From Bdellovibrionales bacterium (GTDB taxonomy: Bacteria > Bdellovibrionota > Bdellovibrionia > Bdellovibrionales > DASUEL01), in the NCBI GenBank assembly GCA_050250255.1, contig JBFWOZ010000033.1:1-33016 (forward strand): a stretch of DNA of 33,016 bases, given 5' to 3'. Under the pieces are notes generated by a model. The model worked only from the letters and a program-made list of their open reading frames with translations. It was not told the DNA's origin and searched no databases. Every line of letters starts with the position of its first letter. Within the stretch, counting starts at the first letter, position 1. Below, one piece after another: positions 1-9,455 of the stretch. Made by a program: the position numbers and the translations under genes.

Positions 1-120
1 AGTGACTTCCGTCTGAAGGGGTTCGAACCTGTCCCTGTGATTCCGGCAGGTTAGTGTGTTCGTAATTTCGCTGACTTAGCTTTTGCTACTTCTAAGATCC
101 GATTAGTAGCACTCGGAATT

Positions 121-210
121 TGGCGGAAAGGGTGGGATTCGAACCCACGGAACCCGCGAAGGTTCTCCGGTTTTCAAGACCGGCGCGTTCAACCGCTCTG
201 CCACCTTTCC
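121..210 (-). tRNA. tRNA-Ser (anticodon UGA), 90 nt, long variable arm, encoded CCA
   Basis: Reverse complement reads GGAAAGGTGGCAGAGCGGTTGAACGCG CCGGT-CT-TGA-AA-ACCGG, a long variable arm, then GTGGG-TTCGAAT-CCCAC CCTTTCC GCCA. All stems pair. Confidence 0.98.
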
Positions 211-217
211 GGGGTCA

Positions 218-246
218 GTTCTATGGATTCTGACTCCTCTTGGCAA
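218..246 (-). promoter_or_regulatory. Putative sigma70 promoter of tRNA-Ser
   Basis: Minus strand TTGCCA-N17-TAGAAC followed by a GC-rich discriminator (GACCCC) immediately before the tRNA 5' end. Confidence 0.55.
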
Positions 247-336
247 TCACTATTTCCCTCTTGAAGTGTCGTTTTGGGCTTATATGATGAACACCATGGG
301 CGGTGGCGCTTTGGCACGTTGCGCGGTATGAAAAAC

Positions 337-352
337 CGGCAAGGCTTTTGCT
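337..352 (+). promoter_or_regulatory. Putative sigma54 (-24/-12) promoter for the Cys-rich repeat gene
   Basis: CGGCAAG-GCTT-TTGCT keeps the GG-N10-GC spacing and resembles TGGCACG-N4-TTGCW; 44 nt upstream of the likely ATG. Confidence 0.45.
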
Positions 353-396
353 CCACCCTCGTAAAAGGTCGCAACAGACTTCAAATTGGGGGAATT

Positions 397-987
397 ATGA
401 AACTACTTATCGTTATCGCTCTGGTGTTTTCGAGCTCGTGGGCATGGTCTGCAGACCAATCAGCCTTAATCTTAAGAGATGCGGCTCAGGATCAAGCTAT
501 CAAAGAAAAGCTTGCTAAAAAAGATCAAGAATTGATTCAAAAACGACAGGCCCTGGCTCGCGTTCTTGGAGGATCAAGCGTCACTCAAAACGACAACACC
601 TGCATGGAAAAATGTATGGATTTGTGTAATGGCCAAGGCACGGGCGGAAGCGCCGCCTGTTGGAATAAATGTGTTCAAGAGGGTTACTCAAGTGCCACTT
701 GCGCTGGTCGATGTGGCGTCAGCACAGGCCCTGGAAGCCGTGCCTGCTGGAACAAATGCACCCAAGAGGGTTACTCGAGCGCCACCTGTGCAGAACGCTG
801 CCGAGTGGATTCTAGTGAAGGAAGCGAAGCTTGTTGGAATAAGTGTCTCAATGAAGGCTACAATAGCGCAACTTGTGCTCCTCGCTGCGGTACAAGCACT
901 CCTGGTGGGAGCCAGGCTTGTTGGAACAAATGCACCAACGAAGGTTACAACAGCGATACGTGTTCACGGCGCTGTGGAACTAATTAA
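397..987 (+). CDS. Secreted cysteine-rich repeat protein (196 aa): signal peptide, predicted coiled coil, 4 x CX3C-X9-CX3C repeats
   Basis: Start moved from 274 to ATG 397 because GGGGGA precedes it and MKLLIVIALVFSSSWAWSA looks like a Sec signal peptide. The repeats conserve amino acids while third codon positions vary, which supports real coding. Confidence 0.85.
   Translation: MKLLIVIALVFSSSWAWSADQSALILRDAAQDQAIKEKLAKKDQELIQKRQALARVLGGSSVTQNDNTCMEKCMDLCNGQGTGGSAACWNKCVQEGYSSATCAGRCGVSTGPGSRACWNKCTQEGYSSATCAERCRVDSSEGSEACWNKCLNEGYNSATCAPRCGTSTPGGSQACWNKCTNEGYNSDTCSRRCGTN
646..984 (+). repeat. Intragenic tandem repeat, 87-bp period, about 3.9 copies
   Basis: Units begin at 646, 733, 820 and 907; each encodes GSxACWNKCxxEGYxSxTCxxRC. 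Confidence 0.95.
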
Positions 988-1039
988 TATTCAGGGATCC
1001 ATGTATTCAGGGTAACCAGAATACTTGGATCCCTGAATA
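988..1039. terminator. Long hairpin between convergent stops (probable bidirectional terminator or 3' stabiliser)
   Basis: TATTCAGGGATCCA-T-GTATTC / 10-nt loop / GAATAC-T-TGGATCCCTGAATA gives 14+6 bp with one T-T mismatch. No strong U-tract. Confidence 0.65.
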
Positions 1040-1053
1040 AACAAAAAGTCTGT

Positions 1054-2328
1054 TTATTTAATGAAAGTCTTGCCATCAAAATAGGGGACGAGCGCTTCAG
1101 GAATTTTGATGGTGCCGTCCTCTTGCTGATAGTTTTCTAAGATCGCAATCAGCGTTCTTCCGACCGCCAAGCCAGAGCCATTAATCGTATGCACGAACTG
1201 TGGTTTGCCACCTTTTTCCTTAAAACGAATGTTCGCACGACGAGCTTGGAAGTCTTCAAAGTTAGAGCAAGAGCTGATCTCGCGATAGGCATTTTGGCTT
1301 GGAAGCCAAACCTCAAGATCATAGCATTTTGCTGCCGCAAAACTGATATCGCCGGTGCTTAAACACATCGTGCGGTAAGGAAGCTCTAATTTTTTAAGAA
1401 TGGTTTCGGCGTTGGCTACCAACTTCTCATGTTCTTCGTAAGAAGTTTCAGGACGAGTAAACTTCACGAGTTCCACTTTATCAAACTGGTGCTGGCGAAT
1501 GAGGCCCTTTGTATCTTTTCCGTAATTACCGGCTTCAGAACGAAAACAAGGTGTGTAAGCGGCATAACAAACCGGCAACTGCTCGGCTTCTAAAATCTCG
1601 TCACGGAAATAGTTCGTCACCGGGACTTCGGCTGTGGGAATTAAAAAATAATCCGTGTCTTCCAAATGGAAAACATCCTGGCGGAACTTTGGGAGTGTAC
1701 CAGTTCCAAACAGACTTGCACTATTCACAATGAACGGCGGAAGGGTTTCGATGTAGCCGTGCTCTTTCGTATGAGTGTCGAGCATGAATTGGATCAATGC
1801 ACGTTCAAGGCGGGCCGCCGCACCCGTTAAAATTGCAAAACGAGCACCGGCGATTTTTCCGGCTCTTTCGAAGTTTAGAATTCCTAAATTTTCTCCAAGC
1901 TCTGTGTGATCCTTTGGTTTAAAAGAAAGAAGAGTGGGTGTTCCCACCGTACGAATGACCGTATTATCGTCCGCAGACTTACCAATGGGAACGGACTCAT
2001 GACAGCGGTTAGGGAAATGTGCAGCTTCGTGAGTCACTCGTGCGTCGATCTCTGCAACTTTCGCCTCCAGTTCTTTTACCGCCGCGCTTAAGTTCTTCAT
2101 GGATTCGAGAGCCGCAGTGGCGTCTTTTTTTTCACGTTTTAATTGGGCGATGTCTTGCGTGATTTTGTTTTGTTCCGCACGCTTGGTTTCAAATTCGGTG
2201 ATCGCTTTTTTACGCTCGGAATTGAGAGTTAAAAGTTGATCGAGTTGATCAGGATTTCCGCCGCGGTTGAAAAAATCTTTTTTATAGGCGTCGAGGCCGC
2301 CTTTTTCGAGGGCTTTAATATCGATCAT
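1054..2328 (-). CDS. serS: Serine--tRNA ligase
   Basis: N-terminal coiled-coil arm and class II motifs [45 protein letters not shown]. Confidence 0.98.
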   Translation of the reverse strand: MIDIKALEKGGLDAYKKDFFNRGGNPDQLDQLLTLNSERKKAITEFETKRAEQNKITQDIAQLKREKKDATAALESMKNLSAAVKELEAKVAEIDARVTHEAAHFPNRCHESVPIGKSADDNTVIRTVGTPTLLSFKPKDHTELGENLGILNFERAGKIAGARFAILTGAAARLERALIQFMLDTHTKEHGYIETLPPFIVNSASLFGTGTLPKFRQDVFHLEDTDYFLIPTAEVPVTNYFRDEILEAEQLPVCYAAYTPCFRSEAGNYGKDTKGLIRQHQFDKVELVKFTRPETSYEEHEKLVANAETILKKLELPYRTMCLSTGDISFAAAKCYDLEVWLPSQNAYREISSCSNFEDFQARRANIRFKEKGGKPQFVHTINGSGLAVGRTLIAILENYQQEDGTIKIPEALVPYFDGKTFIK

Positions 2329-2368
2329 AAAAAGAACCTTTGGGTACGGTTATGACGGGCGAAAAACC

Positions 2369-2662
2369 TTATTCGCCCGGACTGATGAGTATATACATCC
2401 TGAGGAGCATGCCGACAAGTAGGCAGACGAGATTAAAAATAACCACGCCCCAAGCACCCCATGGCTTGGAAATTCTCAAAAAAACGGCCATTGTCAGCAC
2501 GATGACGAACCAATAGGCCATAGAGCCATAGTTCATCAGTTCATGACCGATAATGGCAAAAACTGTCCCTAAAAAAAGCCCACTAAAAAATTTGAGCGAA
2601 AAAACGAAGAGATTGGAGGAGCTACTTTTGATTTTATATTGCATGTCTTGAATAATGCTCAT
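2369..2662 (-). CDS. Small hypothetical membrane protein (about 3 TM helices, 97 aa)
   Basis: Three hydrophobic segments; ATGA overlap with the upstream TPR gene stop implies translational coupling. Confidence 0.8.
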   Translation of the reverse strand: MSIIQDMQYKIKSSSSNLFVFSLKFFSGLFLGTVFAIIGHELMNYGSMAYWFVIVLTMAVFLRISKPWGAWGVVIFNLVCLLVGMLLRMYILISPGE

Positions 2663-5493
2663 TCGACAGAACCTCCTATGTTTTTTATTCGATCCGCAAT
2701 GGCTGATCGATCCATGGCATTCGGTAAAATTTGTAAGTACCGATTGTAAAACCGAACTGCACTCATATTATCGCCCTTCATTTCGTAGAGCGCACCATAT
2801 TCCTTAAAAATTTCCGCATTTCCAGACTCTTTTGCTTCAGCAATGCGGAGCATAGAAAGTGCGACATCGTATTGGCCCGAAAGTCGGTAAGCTTGTGCGA
2901 GTTTTACGTAAACTTCTGAACCTTGAGAGCGAAGCTTAAGAGCCGCCTGATATTCCATTGTGGCTTTTGAGTACTGCTTCTCGGCCATTTGAATATCACC
3001 CGCTAAAAGATAAGCATCGGCAACATTAGGGTTGAGTCTTTTCTCTGCCTGAGCTTCGGCCATGGCCTTGCTCGTATTTCTTAAAATCAAGTGTGCTTTA
3101 CCGAGAGAATAATGAGCTCTTGGAAAGCGCGGGTTGATGGAAAGCACTCTTTCAAACTGAGAAACGGCGGGTAGAGGCTTATTGAATTGTAAATAGAGAT
3201 TGCCCGCAGAAAACAGAGGCGCGGCATCTGAAGGATCGAGCGCGGCCGCAGCTAAAAAGCTAGCAAGGGCTTCGTCGAGGCGATTCAATTGCTGATTGTA
3301 TTCACCCTGTAAAATGAAAGCGCGTTTATTTTTGCCCTCCACATTCGTTACGGATTTAAGAATTTCGGCGGCCTCAGCAACTTTGCCTTCTTTCTTTAAA
3401 ATTCTTGCGAGATTAATTTTGTATTCGGAAATACTAGGATAAGCCTCAACGAGTTTACGAATATAGTTAATACCTGCGGCAGATCCTTGAACATCCGTAA
3501 GGACCTCTGCGTAAAAGGATTGAGCTTCGGGATTTCCTTTGTCGAGTTCAATAGCATGTGAAATCCAACTGTAAGCTTCACGCGCATCACCGGTATTTTT
3601 GTAAGCTTGTGCGAGAAGAATCATCGTCGGAATATTTGTATCATAAAGCGCGAGTGCTCGTTTTGCGCTGGTAATCGCACCCTTGTAGTTGTTGCGTCGA
3701 TATTCCACCAATGCATAGCCATGAAAAATTTCGTAGCGCTTTGGAGAAATTTTTTGCGCCTTTTGGAGAATGGCGGCCGCGGCTATAAAATCAAATTTTT
3801 GAGAGTAGTAATCCGCAAGTGTGACGTAGGCTTCAATCAAATTAGGATTTGTCTGAATTGCTTTATTTACCCATGCAATAGCATCTTGGCTTTGATTGAG
3901 TTGCCATAAACTTTGAGCTGTTTTAAAAGCGGCAGTGGCATTTTTAGGATTGGCTTCAAAAGCGGCCTTATACTGTGCTTGAGCGGCTAAATAATTTTGA
4001 CCGAGCACGTACTGATCGCCGAGAGCCATCAGATCACGATCAGTTTTTGAGATACGATTAAGAATTTTTTCTCCACCAAGAGTTTGAATAAAGGCCGAAA
4101 GACCGGGTAAGGCTGCATCTAAAGCATAAGCGCGCTTGGCCCATTCGAGAGCTTCGGAAGTATTCTTTTTAGAGCCATAAACTTGAGCGAGTGCGTAGCT
4201 CGCTTGTGCTTCCACATTTTGTAAAAGACGGTCCGTTCCTGTGAGCGCAGAAAGCAGTAGCTCTTGAGCTTGATCGGGGTGTTTGAAGGATTGCCACTCA
4301 ATGATACCGAGAAGGGCTTTAGTTTCGTCATGTTTTGGGTTTCGCTTATTCTTCTCTCGCAAAAGATTTGCAGCGGTAGAGGCGTCGCCCAGTCGATACT
4401 GCAAATGAGCCTCTGACACGAAAGGCTTGGCCCATTGTGGCCAAAGCTGTTGAGTTTTTTGAAGATATCCAATGGCCGTTTTAAGATCACCTTGATTCGC
4501 AAGAGTTTCTGCTTTGAATTCATAAAAAATGGCGACCGTGGGATTTGCGGCTAACAGAGAATCAATAAGACCTACGGTTTCTTGAGTCTTTCCATACATT
4601 AGCTGTGTGGCAGATCGACAAGTCGAAGAATGAAGTCCGGTAGGATCGATTTGCCCAACAATTTTCAGGGTTTGCTGAACGCTTAATTTGTCTGTTTCAT
4701 CTTGGTAAGCAAAAGGCCAAAGCTCACGGTAAGTCATGCATAAAAGTGAAAGAGCATCGGCTCGCTTCTGATTATTTTCAAGAATGCGAACCAGTTCGTT
4801 CATAGCCCATACGTAGCCGGTCACTGTGTCGGATTCAAAAACGGCTGTAATTTTTTTATAGGATTTTTCAATTTCTTCAGAGCTGTCATTATTGATATTT
4901 TTCCCGGGAGCAAGAAGACGAATGGGTTCTGCTCTCTGGTGTCCATCATCAGGATACAAAATATAAATCAGAGCACAAAAAGCAATTCCCAAAAGGGCAG
5001 TGGGGACGATTTGTATTTTGGCTTTTTTCTTTTCTTTAAGTTCAATCGTTCTGGGTTTCGCGGGAGCAACCGGAGGCGGTGTCGGTTCAACGGAAGGTTT
5101 AGGCTCCTCAATAGTTTTTTTCTTTGACGTCTTTACTTTCGCGGTACCAAATTGTTTAGGTTCCTCAGGTTTTGTTTGCGGTGGCGGCGTCTGAGCTTTT
5201 AAATTTTTGGTTTCCGAAAGAGTGGCCGAAACAGACTTTTGGAGCTCTTCTACTTTTTCTTCATGTTCAACTTGAGAGTTTGTTTTTTCTAATGAATCTA
5301 CGAATCGATCGTAAAAGGGTGTGTGGGTGAGTGCGACCCAGAATCGATGAGGTTCTTCGCCAAGCAGATCGGCTTCGTTTAAAATTCCTTTGTCGATAAG
5401 ACGGAAGAGGGCGTCGGCATTGAGAGGACCAAACTCCTCACCGCTAGGAATGCGCACATACCAAAACCGATTCTTGAGATCTTCGTTCGACAT
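2659..5493 (-). CDS. Bitopic membrane protein: N-terminal GYF_2 (DUF4339)-like domain, Pro/Lys-rich linker, TM helix, long TPR array
   Basis: WYVRIPSGEEFGPL...LIDKGIL...W matches the GYF_2 pattern. TM segment IVPTALLGIAFCALIYILY is followed by many 34-aa A..LG..Y...A...Y..AL..NP repeats. Confidence 0.88.
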   Translation of the reverse strand: MSNEDLKNRFWYVRIPSGEEFGPLNADALFRLIDKGILNEADLLGEEPHRFWVALTHTPFYDRFVDSLEKTNSQVEHEEKVEELQKSVSATLSETKNLKAQTPPPQTKPEEPKQFGTAKVKTSKKKTIEEPKPSVEPTPPPVAPAKPRTIELKEKKKAKIQIVPTALLGIAFCALIYILYPDDGHQRAEPIRLLAPGKNINNDSSEEIEKSYKKITAVFESDTVTGYVWAMNELVRILENNQKRADALSLLCMTYRELWPFAYQDETDKLSVQQTLKIVGQIDPTGLHSSTCRSATQLMYGKTQETVGLIDSLLAANPTVAIFYEFKAETLANQGDLKTAIGYLQKTQQLWPQWAKPFVSEAHLQYRLGDASTAANLLREKNKRNPKHDETKALLGIIEWQSFKHPDQAQELLLSALTGTDRLLQNVEAQASYALAQVYGSKKNTSEALEWAKRAYALDAALPGLSAFIQTLGGEKILNRISKTDRDLMALGDQYVLGQNYLAAQAQYKAAFEANPKNATAAFKTAQSLWQLNQSQDAIAWVNKAIQTNPNLIEAYVTLADYYSQKFDFIAAAAILQKAQKISPKRYEIFHGYALVEYRRNNYKGAITSAKRALALYDTNIPTMILLAQAYKNTGDAREAYSWISHAIELDKGNPEAQSFYAEVLTDVQGSAAGINYIRKLVEAYPSISEYKINLARILKKEGKVAEAAEILKSVTNVEGKNKRAFILQGEYNQQLNRLDEALASFLAAAALDPSDAAPLFSAGNLYLQFNKPLPAVSQFERVLSINPRFPRAHYSLGKAHLILRNTSKAMAEAQAEKRLNPNVADAYLLAGDIQMAEKQYSKATMEYQAALKLRSQGSEVYVKLAQAYRLSGQYDVALSMLRIAEAKESGNAEIFKEYGALYEMKGDNMSAVRFYNRYLQILPNAMDRSAIADRIKNIGGSVE

Positions 5494-5516
5494 GTTTTTA
5501 TATTCTCATTGAACGC

Positions 5517-5861
5517 TTAGTTGATGCGAGCAGAAAGTTGCCGTCCGCCGAGAAGATGGAGGTGCATGTGAAATACGGTTTGGCCACCCTCCGTTCCAGT
5601 GTTGATGACGACGCGATATCCACGTTCGGAAAGCTGTTCTTGAGCAGCGACCTGGACCAAAGCCTTGTGCATTTTCGAAAGAATAGTAAAGTCAGTCACT
5701 TCAGCGAGCGAGTCGACATGGAATTTCGGCACAAAAAGATAATGGATCGGAGTGATGGGGGAGATATCTTTAAACCCTAAAACCTCCTCATCCTCGTAAA
5801 CTTTTTGAGCAGGAATTTTACCCTGAATGATTTTACAAAAGATGCAGTCTTCTTTAAACAC
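5517..5861 (-). CDS. hinT: HIT family (histidine triad) nucleotide-binding protein
   Basis: CIFCKII N-terminus and GQTVFHMHLHLLGGR triad motif. Confidence 0.93.
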   Translation of the reverse strand: MFKEDCIFCKIIQGKIPAQKVYEDEEVLGFKDISPITPIHYLFVPKFHVDSLAEVTDFTILSKMHKALVQVAAQEQLSERGYRVVINTGTEGGQTVFHMHLHLLGGRQLSARIN

Positions 5862-5862
5862 G

Positions 5863-7116
5863 TTATTCCTTCATCCTCCTGATGTTGGCACCCACGGATT
5901 TTAATTTTTCTTCAAGTGCTTCGTATCCGCGATCCAAATGATATATGCGATTCACATGTGTTTCGCCTTCGGCAACAAGCCCGGCAAGAACGAGACTCGC
6001 GCTGGCGCGAAGATCTGTCGCCATAACGGGGGCTCCTTTTAAATTTTGGGTGCCGGTCACAATAGCAATTTGGCCTTTTTGAAAAATCTGAGCTCCCAGT
6101 CGCACAAGTTCTTGTACGTGCATAAAGCGATTTTCAAAAATAGTCTCCGTGACTGTGCTGGTGCCTTCGCACCTGCACATCAAAGCCATAAACTGAGCTT
6201 GAATGTCGGTGGCAAAGCCTGGATAAGGATCCGTTTTAATATCCACGCCTCGAAAGGATTTTGTAGGGTGCACATGCACCGAATTTTTCTCAACATCAAT
6301 TTTAATTCCACTCTCACGCATGGCTTCTGTTAGAGAATGAAAATGTTCCGGGATGCATTTGTTCACAGTGAGCGCTCCGCCGGTGATAGCCCCCGCAATC
6401 AAAAGTGTTGCAGCTTCAATACGATCGGGGATCACGTCATGTTCCGCGGGCTTGAGGCTTTCAACCCCTTCGACGGTGATGGTGGATTCACCCGCATTTT
6501 TAATTCGTGCACCCATTTTGTTAAGGTAATTTGCAAGATCAACAATTTCAGGTTCCTGAGCGGCGTTGTGAATTGTGGTTTTTCCCTCTGCCAGAACGGC
6601 GGCCATTAAAATATTTTCGGTTCCGCCAACCGTTACAAAAGGAAACTCAACGTCAGCCCCTTTAAGTCTTTTTGCTTTAGCATGTACGTAACCGTGATCC
6701 AAATTGATGGTCGCTCCGAGAGCCTGCATTCCATTTAAGTGAAGATCAATGGGCCGAGTTCCAATCGCACAGCCACCAGGTAAGCTCACAACCGCTTCGC
6801 CGTAGCGGGTGAGGAGTGGGCCCAAACATAGAATGCTCGCACGCATTTTTCTTACGAGATCGTAATGAGCTTCGGTGGAGCTGGCTTTTTGAACCGTCAC
6901 TCTCAAAGTATTTTTCTCAAAACTGGTTTTACATCCAAGCGATTCTAAAAGCTGACAAGTGGATTCAATGTCTTTGAGGCGAGGAACGTTATGAAATACA
7001 TGTTCGCCATCTGCGAGAAGTGTTGCGAACAGAAGTGGTAAAGAAGAATTTTTAGCTCCCCCAACGATGACAGTGCCGTTGAGAGCTTTACCACCTTGAA
7101 TAACAAATTTGTCCAT
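5863..7116 (-). CDS. murA: UDP-N-acetylglucosamine 1-carboxyvinyltransferase
   Basis: GAKNS, MRASI, LPGGCAIGTRPIDLH (catalytic Cys present), ATDLRASA, HLDRGYE. Confidence 0.98.
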   Translation of the reverse strand: MDKFVIQGGKALNGTVIVGGAKNSSLPLLFATLLADGEHVFHNVPRLKDIESTCQLLESLGCKTSFEKNTLRVTVQKASSTEAHYDLVRKMRASILCLGPLLTRYGEAVVSLPGGCAIGTRPIDLHLNGMQALGATINLDHGYVHAKAKRLKGADVEFPFVTVGGTENILMAAVLAEGKTTIHNAAQEPEIVDLANYLNKMGARIKNAGESTITVEGVESLKPAEHDVIPDRIEAATLLIAGAITGGALTVNKCIPEHFHSLTEAMRESGIKIDVEKNSVHVHPTKSFRGVDIKTDPYPGFATDIQAQFMALMCRCEGTSTVTETIFENRFMHVQELVRLGAQIFQKGQIAIVTGTQNLKGAPVMATDLRASASLVLAGLVAEGETHVNRIYHLDRGYEALEEKLKSVGANIRRMKE

Positions 7117-7131
7117 GGAGTTCCTTAAGGT

Positions 7132-8022
7132 CTAGTTGTATCCTACAACGAAGCGATCAAAGCCCGCTAAGTCTTGCATCACTCTTATTTTATGAAAAAT
7201 CTTAGAGGATTGAAAGATTTCTTTTACTCTCTGGCTTTGGCCCATGCCGATCTCGAATACACAAATTCCCGGATGATGGATGACTTGTCCCGCAGACCGC
7301 AGCCACGCTTCAATCTTCTCGTAACCTGACGGTCCTGCATAAAGGGCCAGTGCGGGTTCAAACTTATGTACATGGGCTTCAACCGCAGGATCATTATTAG
7401 CAATGTAGGGTGGGTTAGAAACAATAATGCGAAACTTATTATCGTGTATTTTTTGAAGGTGTTTAGCTTCGACAGCACTCAAATCACATTCCACAAAAAA
7501 AGTACGGCTCGCAAGTTTTAAATTTTGGGCATTGGCTTGTGAAACTTCAATAGCGCCTCGAGAAATGTCCACGCCCACCAGAAGAGACTTTGGGATTTCT
7601 TCAAGTAAACTGAGGCCAATGCAACCACTCCCACAGCCAAGATCCAAAATAGAAATACGATCTTTTGGAAAAGTTTGTTCCTTAAGCCATTCTAAAACAA
7701 TGTCCATGAAGAGTTCTGTTTCAGGTCTTGGAATCAACACTTGAGAGTTCACAAAAAAACTATTTTTATAAAACTCTTTCTTCTGGGTGATGTACGCGAT
7801 GGGTTCACCTGTCAGCCGTCTTTGCACAAGGCCTTCCCATGTCTTCAACTCTTCTTCGTAAAGTGTAAGGTGATTTTGGGTTAAGAGTTGCGTCTCGCTC
7901 AAGTTTTTTAAAAAACGCATGAGCAAATCGGCATCGAGTTTTGCGCTTTCAAAGCCTTTGGCTTGAAAAGCAAGAGTCGCTTCTTGAAGAAGTTGTTTTA
8001 AACTTCTCGAAGCGGTCGACAT
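7132..8022 (-). CDS. prmC: Release factor glutamine methyltransferase (HemK)
   Basis: GEPIAYI, VLIPRPETE, LDLGCGSG and SNPPY motifs; directly follows prfA. Confidence 0.96.
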   Translation of the reverse strand: MSTASRSLKQLLQEATLAFQAKGFESAKLDADLLMRFLKNLSETQLLTQNHLTLYEEELKTWEGLVQRRLTGEPIAYITQKKEFYKNSFFVNSQVLIPRPETELFMDIVLEWLKEQTFPKDRISILDLGCGSGCIGLSLLEEIPKSLLVGVDISRGAIEVSQANAQNLKLASRTFFVECDLSAVEAKHLQKIHDNKFRIIVSNPPYIANNDPAVEAHVHKFEPALALYAGPSGYEKIEAWLRSAGQVIHHPGICVFEIGMGQSQRVKEIFQSSKIFHKIRVMQDLAGFDRFVVGYN

Positions 8023-9089
8023 TAAACTTGAGCCTTCAAGGCTTCCGCTTGAAAGTGAGCAATGAGAGGTTCCACCACGATGCCCATATCACCATTCATG
8101 ATTTGGTTGAGCTGATGAACGGTAAGGCCAATGCGATGATCCGTCAGTCGAGACTGAGGAAAATTATAAGTACGAATACGCTCAGAGCGATCACCCGTAC
8201 CAATTTGTGCGAGTCGCTCAACCGACGCTTCTTTAATCGCCTTCTCCTCAGAAAACGCAAGCATCCTGGCGTAAAGAATCTTCATCGCTTTGGATCTGTT
8301 TTTAATTTGTGATCGCTCATCTTGGCAAGCCACCACGATTCCGCTGGGAATGTGAGTAATACGTACGGCCGAATCTGTTTTATTCACGTGCTGTCCGCCA
8401 GCTCCGCTTGCGCGATAAACATCAATTCTCAAATCAGCGGGATTGATTTCAATATCCACTTCGTCGGCTTCTGGAAGAACAGCTACGGTCACCGTTGAAG
8501 TGTGCACGCGACCTTGAGTTTCGGTCTGGGGTACGCGTTGAACACGATGCACTCCGCTTTCGTATTTCAAAAAACTATAAACACGATCTCCGCTAATAGA
8601 AACCACAACCTCTTTGTAGCCGCCGGCGTTTCCGCTTGAGGCCGACATCAGCTCAGTGTTCCAGCCTTTTTGTGCGGCAAACAAACTGTAGGCACGACAG
8701 AGCTCTTCCGCAAAGAGACTGGCTTCGTCGCCTCCGGCTCCGGCACGGATTTCGAGAATGATATTTTTATCGTCGTTAGGATCTTTTGGTATCAGCAGAA
8801 TTTTGAGTTCTTCCGCGAGACGCGCTTGTTCGGCTTCGAGCCCATTCATTTCTTCTTTGGCGAGCGTGCGAAACTCTTCGTCTTTTTCGTTTTGAATGAT
8901 GTCTTTGTTGGAAGAGATATCTGCTGAGACTTTTCTGTATTGTCGATAAACGTTCACGATCTTTTGAAGGGTGTTGTAGTCCTTCATCAGTTGTCGGTAT
9001 TTTTTTTGATCGTTGGTTACGCTGGGATCTTGTAGCTGGCGTCCTATGTCCTCAAAACGAGTTTCAACATCATCTAGTTTGGTGAACAT
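8022..9089 (-). CDS. prfA: Peptide chain release factor 1
   Basis: [14 protein letters not shown] (PxT) specificity motif, [17 protein letters not shown]. Confidence 0.98.
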   Translation of the reverse strand: MFTKLDDVETRFEDIGRQLQDPSVTNDQKKYRQLMKDYNTLQKIVNVYRQYRKVSADISSNKDIIQNEKDEEFRTLAKEEMNGLEAEQARLAEELKILLIPKDPNDDKNIILEIRAGAGGDEASLFAEELCRAYSLFAAQKGWNTELMSASSGNAGGYKEVVVSISGDRVYSFLKYESGVHRVQRVPQTETQGRVHTSTVTVAVLPEADEVDIEINPADLRIDVYRASGAGGQHVNKTDSAVRITHIPSGIVVACQDERSQIKNRSKAMKILYARMLAFSEEKAIKEASVERLAQIGTGDRSERIRTYNFPQSRLTDHRIGLTVHQLNQIMNGDMGIVVEPLIAHFQAEALKAQV

Positions 9090-9116
9090 AGAACGTTAAG
9101 CTTTACTGGAAAGTGT

Positions 9117-9338
9117 TTAGGCTTTAGTGGCAGGAGTGTTTTTTGCGTATCGTTTACGGAAACGCTCAATACGGCCTTCTGTATCGATTAACTTTTGTTT
9201 TCCTGTGTAGAAAGGATGACATTCGCTACAAATATCCACGCTGAGTTCTTTTTTTGTAGAACCCGTTGCGATGACACTTCCACAAACGCAAGCGATCTTG
9301 GCTTCAGAGTAAAAACTAGGATGAATCTTTTCTTTCAT
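9117..9338 (-). CDS. rpmE: 50S ribosomal protein L31, Zn-binding type
   Basis: [33 protein letters not shown]. Confidence 0.97.
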   Translation of the reverse strand: MKEKIHPSFYSEAKIACVCGSVIATGSTKKELSVDICSECHPFYTGKQKLIDTEGRIERFRKRYAKNTPATKA

Positions 9339-9455
9339 GAGTAAATCCTTGTAAATGGAAGGGAATGAATTAACACATTCCGCGGGTCCTTGTCGAGAGC
9401 TGTATGGCTAAAACAAAAACCCTGTATTTTCAACAACTTAAGGCTCGGACAGACC

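Noticed and set aside
1..120. GGTTCGAACC T-loop-like palindrome (20-29) and a GCTACT/AGTAGC stem downstream of tRNA-Ser; considered as a second tRNA, SRP RNA or att-site remnant
   Set aside because: No 5-bp T-stem or cloverleaf on either strand, no SRP core motif, no identity to the tRNA-Ser 3' end; truncated by the window edge, so unresolved.
646..984. 87-bp periodic repeat as a CRISPR array or multiheme cytochrome
   Set aside because: The repeat is codon-degenerate and in frame, with no unique spacers or cas genes; no CxxCH motifs.
189..1015. Alternative ORFs 189-374(-), 303-518(+), 566-1015(+) and the 274 start
   Set aside because: They overlap the tRNA or are shadow frames of the Cys-repeat gene; the RBS and signal peptide favour ATG 397.
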